NCBI RefSeq assembly: GCF_009914755.1 | Contig: NC_060929.1 | DNA: 64,000 nucleotides | Origin: the human T2T-CHM13v2.0 reference genome, Homo sapiens | Strand: one strand, 5' to 3' | In this document: in pieces, positions 1 through 14,335 of the stretch | How the letters are laid out: each line of letters begins with the position of its first letter | Numbering within the stretch: the stretch's first letter is position 1 | The notes under the pieces: model-generated | Told to the model about the DNA's origin: nothing | Database searches by the model: none | What the model saw: the letters and a program-made list of their open reading frames with translations, nothing else | Program-made: the position numbers and the translations under genes

Positions 1-49
1 AAATCCCCAGTTCCTGCTCTATAGTGAGTTCCTCTCGTATGTCATGGCA

Positions 50-138
50 GTTATAATAATAATAACAGCTATAGGTTATTGAAGGCTTTTCATGAGGTTT
101 TTATCTCATTTAAATGTTTCAGCAATCTTAGAGGTGGT
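50..138 (-). mobile_element. MIR fragment (continues at about 560-670, split by an LTR)
   Basis: 'ttattgaagg...ttatctcatttaaatgtttcagcaatcttagaggtggtat' resembles the MIR core in antisense. Confidence 0.5.
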
Positions 139-139
139 A

Positions 140-530
140 TGTTAATCAGGACAGGCTAATTGTTATAATAAGTAGTATCAGTATTGCTATGAGACCAAGT
201 ATTTCTTTTTCTCATGCAGAGTCTGATGTGCATGCTCCTGGCTGGGTAGCTCTCTTGGGCAGATCATCTCCAAGCAGTTGGGCACTCCTTTTATGATGTG
301 GCTAAATTATCCTGGAGTCTTTTGCAGAGAGGGGAGAGAGTGTGTGGAGGATCACATGGATGTTTTAGGGGCCATCTCTGAGTGACATCTCACCACCTCC
401 CCCACAGTCTATTGACCCTAAGTCTGATATATGGTCCTTCCTAGTTGCAAGAGAACAAGGAAATGTATTTTTCTCTTGTGTCCAGGATGAAAATGAAACT
501 ACATGGTGTAGGCAGCATTGCCTCTACCAT
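140..530 (-). mobile_element. Old MaLR solo LTR (MLT1J/K/L-like)
   Basis: Starts 'tgttaatcaggacaggcta', ends 'ttgcaagagaacaaggaaatgta...tctacca', typical of MLT1 antisense. Confidence 0.6.
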
Positions 531-759
531 GGTGGGTGGGGTGGGGGCGGGAAGGGCTTTCAACACCTCCAGGTGAGGGAATTCAGGCACAAAGATTCAG
601 AATCATTAGCTAATATGTGGTGGAACAAGATTCCAACCCTATAAATATGACTCTAGAATTATACTCTTGACATTGTGTCCTGCTTTCTGTCTTTAAATAA
701 AAATAACTATTCCCTCTTGTGCTCATGGTTTTCCTTTTTTACAAGTCTTTACTCCAGTG

Positions 760-890
760 CTTATCACACTGTTGCACCTGTTACACCAGACTGTGAAACC
801 CAAGGGAGAAGAAAAACCCCTTTATATCCATATGAGCAGTATGTGCCTGGGACACAGTGGGGCTCAATAAAAGTTTGATGACTGAAGAAT
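760..890 (+). mobile_element. L2 3' end
   Basis: 'agactgtgaaacccaagg...gtgcctgggacacagtggggctcaataaaagtttgatgactgaa' is the L2 terminal motif. Confidence 0.65.
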
Positions 891-2305
891 AGCTGTGATC
901 TGTGTGGTGGTTCATGAAAAGGCAACTTGAGGCACTGCATCGTGATTACATCACTGAACAGCTTTTCTAGATTAAAGTCAGGGGTGTCTAAATTAGTGTA
1001 ACAATCATCTCCATGTAGCTGTTTTCAACCCATCCACAAGATGGAGCCTTTACAAATATAAGTAAGAAATGATGTCAACAAGGCGGTAGAATAGAAACAT
1101 TCCACTATCATTCCCCTACAGATAAATCAATTTTGGCAAATATCCACAGTTAAGAGTACCTTTGTTGGAGTCTAGGAGTGCAGCTGAGAAGTTCCAGCAC
1201 ACCACTGAAGCAAAAATCCAAGAATAGGTGCACTGAAGAGTGTGGAAGAACAGTTTCATGTTATCTACCTCACCCCTTTCACAAGGTGGCATAGCTCAGT
1301 GCCAAGAGAGACGTTATTGGCCCATGATTTCTCCCATGAGGAAAAATGAAAGTGTAGTAAGGGGGTACCTGGCTCCCCCAGCCACATCAGATGCTGCCCA
1401 AGAGGCCTGCTTCTTTCTTAACCCACCCGGAATACTGGAGTGATTGGAATAAATGAGTGGTTGGAAGATGCTGGGAGCAGGGAAGAAAGGCTGCCATGGA
1501 CCTTACTAAGTTCTGCCTACTCCATCAGGAAGCAGGCCCACAAACCACTTGAGGAACCTCAGCTATGAACCCCATACCCACTGCCCCATGGGCACTCCAT
1601 ATTTTCTATATGCTTCACCTTCTCACCACAAGACATGAAGAATTACACCACACATAAGAATTACAGACATGAAGCACTGCATCCAGCCAAAAATGATTAT
1701 TTTAAGGAAGCTCAGTGAGCTATAAGATAGACAATTCAGTGAAATCAGAAAAACAATACATGAACAAAATTAGAAGTTCAATAAAGACACAGAAATCATA
1801 AAGTTGGGTATGGTGGCACATTCCTGTAGTCCTAGCTACACAGGAGGCTGAGCACAACAATCTCATGTGGACAGCTGGCTTGACTCTGCAGGATTGGGAG
1901 AAGGTATACAAATTCAAGCAATTCAAGGTGCCATCATAGCAAAAACAAACAGGAGGCACTTAGCACCCACTTCGGCTTTATGGGGTCATGATAAGCCATA
2001 CAATCTTAAGAATTCTCCCCCCACCAAGAGGAAATAAGGGGCAGAGTGGGCACATTGATAGAAAAGGTCTGAGAGAGCCTCAGAATCCCTAGCTGGGCTA
2101 TTTAGTTAAAGCATTTTTCTCTCGAAGCCAATCAGTAAATATGGGAGGAAATGATTACTTCTTCAAGTGCACACACAATGACGCAAAACTTTAAGGAACA
2201 TGAAAAATCTTGAAAACATGACACCACCAAAGGAATAAAATATTCCACTAACCAACTCAGAAAAATTAGAGATCTATAGATTGCCTGACAAAAAAATTGA
2301 AATTA

Positions 2306-2606
2306 TATTTATTTATTTATGTTTCAGAGACAGGATCTTGCTCTGTCACCCAGGTTTGAGTGCAGTGGCATGATCATAATTCACCACATCCTTGGACTAC
2401 TGGGCTTCAGAAATCCTCTTGCCTCAGCATCCTGAGTAACTAGGACTATAGGCACATCCCACCCTACACAGATAATTTTAAAAAATTGTAGGGACAGCAT
2501 CTCACTATATTGCCCAGGATGGTCTTGAACTCCTGGCCTCAAGCAATTCTCTTATCTCGACCTCTCAAAATGCTAGAATTACAGACATGAAGCACTGCAT
2601 CCAGCC
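2306..2606 (-). mobile_element. AluJ inside L1
   Basis: Antisense dimeric Alu with high divergence and a (TATT)n tail. Confidence 0.9.
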
Positions 2607-2720
2607 AAAAATGATTATTTTAAGGAAGCACAGTGAGCAACAAGATAGACAATTCAGTGAAATCAGAAAAACAATACATGAACAAAATTAGAAGTTCAAT
2701 AAAGACACAGAAATCAAAAA

Positions 2721-2845
2721 GTTGGGTATGGTGGCACATTCCTGTAGTCCTAGCTACACAAGAGGCTGAGGTGAGAAGCCCACTTGACGTCAGGAGTTCA
2801 AGACAAGCCTGGGCAACATAGCAAGACCCTATATCCTAAAAAATT
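2721..2845 (+). mobile_element. FLAM-type Alu monomer inside L1
   Basis: Single monomer 'gttgggtatggtggcac...gcctgggcaacatagcaagaccc' with A tail. Confidence 0.8.
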
Positions 2846-3750
2846 CATTTTAAAAGAGATACAAATAATAAAGAACTAAACATACATTATGAAGCTGAAG
2901 AATACAGTGAATGAAATGAAAAATGTAATAAAGAGCATCAGCAGCAGACTCAATCAAGCAGAAGAACCTGTAAATACAAAAGACAGGTCCTCTGAAAATA
3001 TCCAGTCAGAGAAAAAACATAAAATGAATGAAGAGGAATGATGAACGCCTGCAAAATTTATGTGACACAGTTAAGAGTGCTAACAGTTGCATTATAGGAA
3101 TTTAAGAAGGTGAAAAGAGAAAGAGGCAGAAAGATTTTTTTTTTAAATAGCTGAAAACTCCCCAAATCTGGGGAAACATACAGACATCCAGGTATGTGGC
3201 ATTTAAACGTCTCTGATAAGCTTTAACCTGAAAAAGAGATCACCAAGATACACTACAATCAACTGTCAAAAGTCAAAATCAAGGAGTTTTAAACGCAGCA
3301 GAAAAGAGGCTTATCTCATACAAGGTAACCCACATAACACTATCAGATTTCTTATCAGGCTATCAGAAGATTTCTCGGTAGAAAGCTTATAGGGTAGGAG
3401 AGAGTAGAAGGATATATTCAAAGTGCTGAGAAGAAAAGATAAAAAAAGCCAAGAATATGTAAACCTGACAAAGTTTCTTTCATAAATGAAAGAGAAAGAG
3501 TTTCCCAGACAAACAAAAGCTGAGGGAGTTCATCACTACTAGACTTGTCTTATAAGAAATGCTTAAGGGAGTTATTCAAGCTGAAATAAAAGCATGCTAA
3601 TTAGTAACATGAAAACATATGAAAATATAAAACTCATTGGTAAAGCTAAGTATACAGTCGTATTTAGAGTAAAATTATAATAGTGATGTGTAATCACTTA
3701 CGACTCTAGTATAAAGGTTAAAAGACAAAATATTGAAAATAACTACAACT

Positions 3751-4061
<311 letters not shown>

Positions 4062-6512
4062 CTACAACTGCAATAATTTGTTGCTGAATACACAATTTTA
4101 AAAGATATAACTGGGATATCAAAAACAAATTGTAGGGATGGGGCAAAAGTGTAGAGTTTTTGTATGAAATTGAAGTTAAGATGTTATCAGCTTAAAACAG
4201 ACTGTTATAACTATAAGATGTTTTATGGTAGCCACAAAGCAAAACCCTATGTAGATACACAGAAGATAATGAGGCAAAATCAAAATACACCACTGCAGAA
4301 AATAATCGAATCACAAAGAAAGACAGCAAGAGGAGAAGAAAGGAACAAAGGATATACAAAACAGCCAGCAGACAATTAACAAGATGGCAATAGTAAGTCC
4401 TTACCTAGCAATAATTACTTTAATATAAATGGATTATATTCTCCAATCAAAAAACATACAGTGACTAAATGTATAAAAAGGCATGACCCAACTGTATGCC
4501 ATGTACAAGAAACTCACTTTAGCTTTAAGGACACACACAGAAAGTGAAGGAATGGAAAAAGGTATCCATGCAAGTGGAAACTAAAAGCGAGTAGGAGTAG
4601 TTTTACTTGTGTCAGACAAAAGAGACTTTAAGTCAAAAACTGTAACAAGATACAAAGCAGATCATTATATAACGACAATTCATCAGGAGGATATAACAAT
4701 TATAGGTATATATGCACTAAATATTGGAGAAACTAAACATATAAAGCAAGTATTAACAGAACTGAATGGAGAAATAGATAGCAATCTAATAGTAGGGGAT
4801 TTCAATACCCCACTTTTTACAATGGATAGATAATCCAGACAGAAAATCAATAAGGAAACATTAGAGTTAAACTGGGATTTAGGCCAAATGGATCAAACAG
4901 ACATATAGAGAATATTCCATCCAACAGTAGCTGAATATACATTTTTCTCAAGTATACACAGAACATTTTCCAAGATGGGTCATATGTTAGGTCACAAAAT
5001 AAGTCTTAAAAAATTTAACATGACTGAAATCATGTCACACAACTTTGCTAAACAAAATAGTATGAAACTCGAAATTAACAACAGAAGAAAAACTGGAAAA
5101 TTCACAAATATGTGGAAATTAAACAATATGTTCTTGAACAATGAATGAGTCAAAGAAGAAATCAAAAGATAAGTTAAAAAATACCTTGAGACAAACAAAA
5201 ATAGAAACACAACAGACCAAAACTTACGGGGTGCAGCAGAAGCAACTCTAAGAGGAAAGTTTAGAGTAATGAAAATACCTACATGAAAAAGGAAGATCTC
5301 AAATAAACCATCCAACCTTACACTTCAAGTTACTGGAAAGGAAGAAAAACTAAACCTAAAGTTAGTAGGAGGAAGGAAATAATAAAAATCAGGAATAAAA
5401 CAAATAGAATAGAGGCTAGAAAAACAAAGCAAAGAACTATGAAATGAAGAGCTGATTTTTTTTTAAAGATAAGTAAAATTGGCAAACTTTCAGCTAGACT
5501 AAGAGGAAAAGAGAGATGACTCAACTAAAAATGAAAGAAAACCAGAAATGAAAGAGACCTTACATCTAATACCACAGAAATACAAAGGATTATTAAACTG
5601 CTATGAAAAATTATAAGCCATCAAACTGGATGATCTAGAGGAAACACATATTTGTAGAAACGTACAACTTATCAAGACTAAATCATGAAAAAAATCCAAG
5701 AAGAATAATAACAGCTAAGGAGACTGAATTAGCAATCAAAAATCTCCCATCAAACAGCCCACATCCTTATAGCTTCCCTGGTGAATTCTATCCAACCTTT
5801 ACAGAAGAACTAATACCAATTGTCAATTCTTGGAAAATAATTGAAAAGGAGGGAACATTTCCAAATTCATTTTGTAAGGCCAGCTTTACCCTGATACCAA
5901 ACTCAAACAAGAACACTATAAGAAGAGAAAACTATAGGCCAATATCACTGATAAACATAGATGCACAAATCCAAAATAAAATACTAGCAAACTGAATTAA
6001 GTGTTAAAAGGATAATACACCATGATCATGTGGGATTTATTCCTGGGATGCAAGGATAGTTCAACATATGTCAATCAATAAATGTTATACATTACATTAA
6101 CAGAGTGAAGGACAAAAACCATATGATAATCTCAATATATGCAGAAAAGGCATTCAACAAAATTAAACACCTTTTCACGATATGATAAAAAAAATCTCAA
6201 CAAATGTGGTATAGAAGGAATGTACCTCAACACAATAAAGGCCATATATGACAAGCCCCTAAGTAACATTATACTCAATGGTGAAAAGATGAAGGCCTTT
6301 TTTAAGATTTGGAACAAGACAAGTTTGCTCACTCTCGCCACTTCTCTTCAACATAATAATGAAAGTTCTACAGTAATTAGGCAAGAAATAGAAATAAAAG
6401 ATATCCAGACGTGAAAGAAGAAGTAAAATTGCCGCTCTTGACAGATGATATGATCTTCTACACAGAAAATCCTAAACACTCCACCAAAAACTGTTAGAAC
6501 TAATGATGAATT

Positions 6513-6800
6513 GGGCAGGCACAGTGGCTCATGCCTGTAATCCCAGCACTTTTGGAGGCCTCGAGATCAGCCTGGCCAACATGGGGAAACCCTCTCTCTA
6601 CTAAAAATACAAAAATTGGCTGGGGCATTGTTGTGCATACCTGTAGTTTCAGCTACTCTGGAAGATGAGGTGGGAGGATCACTTGAACCTGGGAAGCGAA
6701 GCAGAGGGTGCAGTGAGCCAAATCACATCACTGCACTCCAGCCTGGGTGACAGAGTGAAACTCTGTCCAAAAAAAACAAAAAAACAAAACAAACAAAAAA
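6513..6800 (+). mobile_element. Alu (S/J) with internal left-arm deletion, inside L1
   Basis: 15-bp TSD aactaatgatgaatt at 6498-6512 and 6801-6815. Confidence 0.9.
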
Positions 6801-7290
6801 AACTAATGATGAATTCAGTAAAGTTGCAAGATACAGAATTAACATACAAAAAGTGCTTGTTTCTCTATAAACTAACAACAAACTATCTGAAAAAAGAAAG
6901 AAAACAATCTCATTTATAATAGCATCAAAAAGAATAGAATACTTAGGAATAAATGTAATAAAGAAGTGAAAGACATCTGCAATAAAAACTATAAAACATC
7001 GACAAAAGAAATGAAAGAAGACACAAAGAAACAGAAAGGTGTTCTGTATTCATGGACCAAATAATCAATATTGTCAAATGTCCATACCAAAGTGTTCTGC
7101 AGATTCATTGCAATTCGTATTAAAATTCCAAAGACACTTTTCACAGAATGAAAAAAACTATCCTGAAATTCATATTGAGTGACAAAAGTCCCTGAATAGC
7201 CAAAGCTATCTTGACTAACAACAAAGCTGGAAGCATCACACTTCTTGATTTCAAATTATATACAAAGGTATAGTAATCAAAACCATATAG

Positions 7291-7550
7291 TGCTTGAGGC
7301 CAGGAGTTTGAGAGCAGCCTGGGCAACATAGTGAGACCTCGTCTCTCTAAAAAAAAGCTAAGCAAACAAAAAAACTCAAAACCTAAAAAACTAAGCTACC
7401 TGTGGTGGTGCATGCCTGTAGTCTCCAGCTACCTGGGAGGCTGAGGTGAGAAGGCTGCATGAGCCCAGGAGTTTGAAGTTGCAGTGAGTGAGCTAGGATT
7501 GTACCATTACACTGGATGACAGAGTGAGACCCTGTCTCTTAAAAACACAA
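7291..7550 (+). mobile_element. 5'-truncated AluJ inside L1
   Basis: Starts mid-left arm 'tgcttgaggccaggagtttgag'; J-type right arm. Confidence 0.85.
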
Positions 7551-9060
7551 CAGCTATAAACTATATGGTACTGGCATAAAAACAGGCACATAGAGCAATG
7601 GAACAGAACAAAAAGTTCAAAAAGAAACCCACACATATATGGTCAATTAATCATTGATAAAGCTGCCAGTAATTTGCAATGGGGAAAGGATAGTCTCTTG
7701 AATAAATCATGTTGGTAAAACTGGATATCCACATGTGGAAGAATGAAATTATATTTTTATCTCATAACATATACAAAAATAAGTTCAAAATGGATTAAAA
7801 ACTTAAATGTTCATCGAAGAAAACATAAAGGAAAAGCTCCATGACATTGGTTTGGCAATGATTTTTTGGATGTGACACCAAGAGCCCAGGCAATCACAAA
7901 TAAACAGGAGAGACTACATCAAACTAAAAACTTTCTGCAGCGCAGAGGAAACAATCAACAAAATGAAAAGACAACTTATGGAATGAAACAAAATATTTCC
8001 AAACCATATATCTGATAAAAAGTTAATATACAAAATATATAAGGAACTCATGCAACTCAATAGCAAAAAACCAAATAACCCAATTTTAAAAATGGGCAAG
8101 GACATGAATAGACTTTTTTCCAAAGAGGATACATTAATGGCCAACAGGTATGTGAAAAGGTGCTCAACATCACTAATCATCAGAGAAATGCAAATCGAAA
8201 TCACAATGAGGTATCACCTCACACCTGTTAGGATGGCTATAATCAAAAAGTCAAAAGATGATGAGGATTGCTGAGGACATAAAGAAAAAGGAAGTCTTAT
8301 ACATTGTTGGTAGGACTGTAAGTTGGTATAGCTGTTATGAAAAACAGTATGGAATTTCCTCAAAAAATTAAAAATAGGAGTACCATATGATTCAGGAATT
8401 CCTTTTCTAGATATATAGTGAAAGAAAACTAAGTTACTCTCTTGAAGAGATGTCTGCACTCTCATGTTCATTGCAGTATTCTTCACAATACCCAAGATAA
8501 GGAATCAACCTAAGCATCTGTCAACAGATAAATGGATAAAGAAAATGTGACATGCACACACAGAGGAATATTATTCAGCCTTAAACAACAAATAAATCCT
8601 GCCACTGGTGACAACATGAATAATGTACCTGGAGGACATTATGCTAAAAGAACTAAGCCAGACACACAAAGACAAATATTGCATGATCTCATTTACAGTT
8701 GGAATCTTAAAAAGATAAACTCATAGAAACAGAGAATAGAAAGATGGTTACCAGAGGTGAGAAGGTGCGGAAATGAGAAGATGTTGGTGAAAGGGTACAA
8801 ACTTTCAGTTATAAGGTGAGTAAGTTCAGTATCGTGTATAGTATGGTGTCTGTAGTTAATATAATATATACTTGAAATTTGCTAAGAGAGTAGATCTTAA
8901 ATCTTATCACAAAGAAAAAAGGTAACTATGTGAGGTGATGTATATGTTAATTAGTTTCATTGTGGTAATCATCTCAGTGTATACATAAAATATCATGTTG
9001 CACACCTTAAATATATGCAATTTTATTTGTCAATTATACCTCAATAAAGTTGGGGGAAAA

Positions 9061-9590
9061 AGGAATGAAGTGCTGATTCATACTATAATAATATAGATAA
9101 ACCCTGAAAACAATATGTTAAGTGAAAAAAGCCAATCGAATTATGTACTATATAATTCCATTTATATATAATGTACAGAATTAAACAAAGCCATAAAAAT
9201 AGAGTGCAGATCAGTAACTGCCAAGATGTAAGGAAAGATAAATTAAGAATGATTGCTAATTTCTTTTTGGGGTGATGAATATGTTCTGGAATTTACAAGA
9301 AAACCATTGGTCTGCACACTCTTAAAGAGTGAATTGGATAGTGTGTGAATTTCATCTCAAAGAGCACAAAATCAAAAAAAGTCAAACAAACAAAATAAGT
9401 GGAAACAACTCAAATGTCCATGAACTGATAAATGTGGTACAGATTTATCATGGGTGATGAAAATGTTCTAAATTGATTATGGTGATGATTGCCCAACTCT
9501 GTGAATATACTAGAAACCGCTGAATTACACTTCAAATGAATGAATTTTATGGTATGCGAATATACCTCAATGAATCTGCAATGCATAAAA
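9061..9590 (+). mobile_element. L1MB/ME 3'UTR fragments
   Basis: 'aggaatgaagtgctgattcat...ttttggggtgatgaatatgttctgg' plus a second 'gggtgatgaaaatgttcta...atacctcaat' segment. Confidence 0.65.
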
Positions 9591-9661
9591 AAAATCTCAA
9601 AAACCCAAGTCAGAGTGTTTCTCTCTTTTGCTCAAATCTCTGCAATGACCTGCACCCAGAT

Positions 9662-10083
9662 CTCCTTCCCTTCCCTTCCTTTCTCTTTTTTCTTTTCTTT
9701 TCCTTTCTGTTTTTTCTTTTTTTTCTTCCCCTCTCTTTTCTTCTTTCTTCTTTTCTTTTCTTTTTTTTTTTCTTTCTTTTTGGGACAGGGTCTCACTCTG
9801 TCACCCAGGCTGGAGCACAGTGGTGTGATCATAGCTTACTGTACCCTCGACCTCCCCAGGCTCAAGTGATCCTCTTACCTTAGCCTCCTGAGTAGCCGGA
9901 ACTCCCAAGTAGCTGAGACTACGGGTGCACAGCACCATGCCCAGCTAATTTTTTTTTTTTGGGGGTAGAGACATGATTTTGCTCTATTGCCCTGGCTGGT
10001 CTCAAACTCCTGGGCTCAAGCAGTCTGCCCACCTCAGCCTCCCAAAGTGCTAGGATTACAGGTGTGAGCCACCACACCAGGCC
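9662..10083 (-). mobile_element. AluJ with expanded pyrimidine-rich tail
   Basis: Antisense Alu with a TC-rich tail of about 120 nt; flanking 'ccagatct' repeat. Confidence 0.9.
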
Positions 10084-10084
10084 T

Positions 10085-11250
10085 CCAGATCTTGGTTCCC
10101 TGATACCATGTTCCGATAAATTGAACCAGGGCTTCCTGGAGAAATGGCTGAATCCAAGGCGAGGGCAGGGAACACAGAAGATGAGCCTGGGGCATCTTAT
10201 AGTACCAGGAGATGGAACATACATTAAAAACAAGATTTAACAAAACGTTCATCTCAAATGGAGCCAATCTGAAACAATTGCCAATGTCCAAAACCAGAAC
10301 AAATGGGGAAAAAAACAAGTAATGATAATATTAGAGTGTAACTCAAAGAATAATTATCTATGAGTCTATACTGATATAAATAAGCAAATAAGGGGGAAGG
10401 GGTGAATCTTCCTTAGAAATATTAAACATAGAAGGAATGAAGGAAATAAAAAATCACCATTATAATACCACTGGCTATAGTTGAGAGCCTTTGATGGATA
10501 CTAAAATTACTGGGCAAAATTTTAAGAGGAAGCAGGACATTTTCATAGCCTCAAGGTATCTCTTCTAAAAGTACTCATTAATTACTGTGGCAATTTTAAC
10601 CTATGTTCACAAATTATTTGATACTCCTTTCTCTAGAAGATAAAGCTTAATTCTCTTCCTTTTGAGTGTGGGCTGGATTCCTAGAAGTGAGACCTACTTC
10701 TATATATAGAGCATGGAAAAGAAAAAATAGTAACTACTGTGGAGAAACCTGGCAAGATGTCATCTTAACCTAGTGGTGAAAGCCAACATCACCAGTGGTA
10801 AGCCATGGGATATCATGTACCCCATGACAAGATGTAATGAGAAGGGCACTTCCTCAGTGTAACTATGAGAAAACATCAACCACATTCACATTAAGGGACA
10901 TTCTACAAATACTTGCTCAGTCCTCTTCAAAAGTGGCAAGGTCATGAAAAGCAGGAAAAGAATGAGGAACTGTCGCAGATTGGCGGAGAGTAAGGAGACA
11001 TGAAAACTAAGTGCAGCATGATCTCCTGGATTGGATCCTGAGACAGTGACAGGACATCAGTGGAAAAACCAGTGACACCTGAATAAAGTCTGTATAGTTT
11101 TGTACCACTGTTTATTTCCTACTTTTGATAAATGAGCTATGGTTACATAAGACATCAGCATTAGAAGAAGCTGGGTGAAAGGGATATGGGAACTCTAGGT
11201 TATCATTGCAACTCTTCTAAAATCACTTTAAAGTAAAATGTTTCTAAAAA
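10085..11250 (+). mobile_element. L1MC/L1MD 3' region
   Basis: 'gaaccagggcttcctggagaaatggctga', 'ggagaaacctggca...aagccaacatcaccagt' and 'gggatatgggaactct' motifs. Confidence 0.75.
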
Positions 11251-11269
11251 TACTGAGAAGATAAACCCC

Positions 11270-11690
11270 TCAATCTCATGCTGGGTAAAATTCAAAGTCA
11301 TTCTTAATTGCCTTCTAAGCCTGATGTAATGCTCACATTCCCTCTCTGCCCTTCTCTTCTCTCATTCCTTCCCTCCTGCAGATGACTTTGGCTACCTGTC
11401 TCCTTCCTGTTTACTCCTGGCATGATTTTTTCTGGGCTCTTGACTCTTACTGTTCCTTTTGCCTGGAAAGCTCCCCATGAAGAAAGTTTCATGGCTAGTT
11501 CCCTTACCTCTTAGAGATCTTTACTCTGATGTCCCTTAATCACGAGGCCTTCTCTGACCGACCCATATAAAACCACACATAGTATGTCCTGTCATGCCCT
11601 ATACCCTGGCTTGCTTTACATCTTCATTGCTCTTATCACCACCTGTCATTCATTATATTTTACTGATTTTTTTCCTTATCTATTTCCCTT
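11270..11690 (+). mobile_element. L2 fragment (probably continuous with about 9600-9660 before nested insertions)
   Basis: 'ctgttccttttgcctggaaagctcc...gaggccttctctgacc...ctcttatcaccacctg'. Confidence 0.65.
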
Positions 11691-12197
11691 GTGGAAGGCA
11701 GCATAATGGCCCCTAAAGATATTCATGCCCTAATGCCTGGCATTGGTGATTATGTTATACATGGCAGAGGGGAATTAAGGTTGTTAATCAGCTGACATTG
11801 AGATGAGGAGATTATACTGGATTATGTGGTAGGCCCAGTATAAACACAAGGGACCTGAAAAGTAGAGAGAAAGCAGAAAATACAGTAGAGTGATTCCATG
11901 TGAGAATGACTCAACTTCCCATTGCTGGCTTTGGAGATATAAGGGAACCATGAGCCAAAGGCTGTGGGCCGCCTCTAGAAGCTGAAAAACATGAAACAGA
12001 TTTTTCCCTAGAGCCTCCAAAAGAAACACAGCCCAACTGACACCTTAATTTTAGCCCAGTGAGACCTCTGTCAGATTTCTTTACATAACTGTAAGAAGAT
12101 ACATTTATGTTGTTTAAGCAAAACAACACAAGACAGCATTCCTTTCCTGTAATAAATTTGTGATGATTTGTTACAGCAGCAGTAGAAAACTCATTCA
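11691..12197 (+). mobile_element. MLT1D-like MaLR solo LTR
   Basis: 'tgtggaaggcagcataatggccc...ttgttacagcagcagtagaaaactcattca'. Confidence 0.85.
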
Positions 12198-12489
12198 TAT
12201 CATGAACAAAATCCCATTGCTAACGTCCCTGTGGGATCTCAGGTCTGATGAGTATGGGAACTCATATGTAACACAAGGACTATTTTGTCATAAATTTCTC
12301 CAGTGGTGATGAACAAGTCTGTGAGCACAGTGAGTGTCTCAGGGTATGTGTGAGTAAGTGTGAGTGAGGGATTTTGTCTGTTGTGTAAAGAGTTCCTGCC
12401 ATATACTCAGAGACCTCACAGGCACTGTTCCTATCCTTGGGTTAAATGCTAAGAGGTAAGGCCTTTATCATTTCCACTGTTTTTCAAAT

Positions 12490-12656
12490 TTTATTTTTTG
12501 TTTTTATAGAGACGGGGGTCCCTCTCTCTCACCCAGGCTACAGTGCAGTGGTATAATCATAGCTAACTGCAGCCTCAAATTCCTGGGCTCAAGCAATCCT
12601 CCTGCTTCAACCTCCCAAGTAGCTAGGACAACAGGTACAAGCCACCATGCTCGGCT
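12490..12656 (-). mobile_element. FRAM/Alu right monomer
   Basis: Single antisense right-arm monomer. Confidence 0.8.
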
Positions 12657-13259
12657 CTCCCATTTCTAGTGTTCAAGATTGAGAATCTTTACGTGGACTT
12701 GGAAGACATTTCTGAATACTTTGCCTAAGAACCCTGTACTACCCTGTCTGTTCTAAACAGGAGATAAACAGTGGCCACAGCATTCTGGAGTTTTATGTTT
12801 AAAACTGACTCTCAGACATTAAATAAATCTTACCAGAAGAAATTGATTTAGGAAGGCAGTGTAAATGTGTCTTTTGTTTTTATTTAGAGAACTTCTCATC
12901 TAGATTCAGACCTTTGAGGGGTTATAGATTGATGGGTGAATTTGCTTGTGTTCATTATGTAAAATAACAGAAGAGCCAGAAGCAATATAACCAAAATACA
13001 AGAGAGCTTTATAAACAAAATAAGAGTAATAGATACTTGAAAGATAATGTCCCCAAGCACTTTAGAAATGTCTAAAGTATCGTAGAAATTTTTAGATGAA
13101 TGGCTCTAAATTCATTTTGGAATGGGCTTTAGTTGTTAAATTTTCTTTTCTAAATAACCCAGAAAAAGTTTTAGCTAGATATAAAATACAAATTGAACAA
13201 CAAGAGAATTCACCATAAAGTTTTCATTGATGTATTTAATATAGCTGTAATCATGATAT

Positions 13260-13600
13260 GTCAGTAGAAGACTGTGGTTTACACATGACAAAAAACCCCT
13301 GACACAACCTGGCTTAAACAAGAATGGGAATTTACTGGCTTACATAACCATAAAACCCCAAGAGAGGGTGGGTTTCTGCAAAGTTGATTCAGATGTTTAG
13401 AATTCATCAACAAAGTTGATTCAAATGCTTACAATACAATTCAAATGTTTTCTGTAGTTCTCTCACCCCTACTCTCTGAAATTTGTTGGCTTTTTTCTTG
13501 AACTGGCTTCTCTCACTTCTTCTGGCTCCCAGAGGGGTCAGCTCGCTCACATTTGACAAACAGGGCCACCCTGGAACTGCTATTCTAATCATCACGGGGC
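13260..13600 (-). mobile_element. LTR33-like ERVL LTR remnant
   Basis: 'acctggcttaaacaagaatgggaatttactggcttacataac' motif. Confidence 0.5.
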
Positions 13601-13629
13601 TAGGAAAGTCAGGATTGATAATAATAGAG

Positions 13630-13852
13630 CAGAAGTCTGCAAACCAGGGCCTGCAGGTGAAATCCAGCAAGCTTCCTGTTTTTGTAATAAAGTTTTATTG
13701 GACCACAGTCATGTCCATTCATTTGCATATTGCTTACGGCTGCTTTTGCACTATAATAGCAAAGTTGAGTAGTTACAATGTGAACCTTACATCATGCAAA
13801 GCCTAAAATATTTACTTTCTGGCCCTTGACAGAAAAAGTTTGCTGAACTCTG
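13630..13852 (+). mobile_element. MER58A (hAT-Charlie MITE)
   Basis: TIRs 'cagaagtctgcaaac' / 'gtttgctgaactctg'; degenerate 8-bp TSD taatagag/tagtagat. Confidence 0.85.
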
Positions 13853-14119
13853 TAGTAGATTAATAGAGAATAACTCTTTGAGGTAGCACTCAGCCCAGAA
13901 GCCAGTCTTCTCACCAAAAGCAGTTAATTCATGCTATGGCTCTTTTTTCTTTTTTCCACCAAAGCACAGAAAGATTTTTCTTAGGCAATTACAGCAAGCA
14001 GTTTTTGAAAGTCAAGAGTCAGGCTTCCGATGTTTTAGGATTTACATGGGTCGTCTAAATGGCTAATAGTTAGCTATAGCTAAGGAAATAGAATGGAGTA
14101 CTGTACCGCAAATTCACAC

Positions 14120-14335
14120 AAACAGCACACACTAGGGGCCAGATTCTGCAAGCACTTTATATCTATTCGTCTCTCACAAAATCATGTGAGGGGTGTTCTG
14201 TGATTATTCCTACTTTATAGATGAGGCACCAAGAGCTTAAGAAATTTCTTCTTACAGAGCTGGAGCTTCTTAAATGGAGCATCTGTAATTGAAAGCCAGA
14301 TTGTGGGACTCCAGCATCCACACTGTTAATCAGTA
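14120..14335 (-). mobile_element. MIR
   Basis: 'gattattcctactttatagatgaggcacc' core. Confidence 0.6.

Noticed and set aside
4609-8274. Endonuclease/RT-like ORFs
   Set aside because: Broken fragments of a dead L1 ORF2; no intact retroelement.
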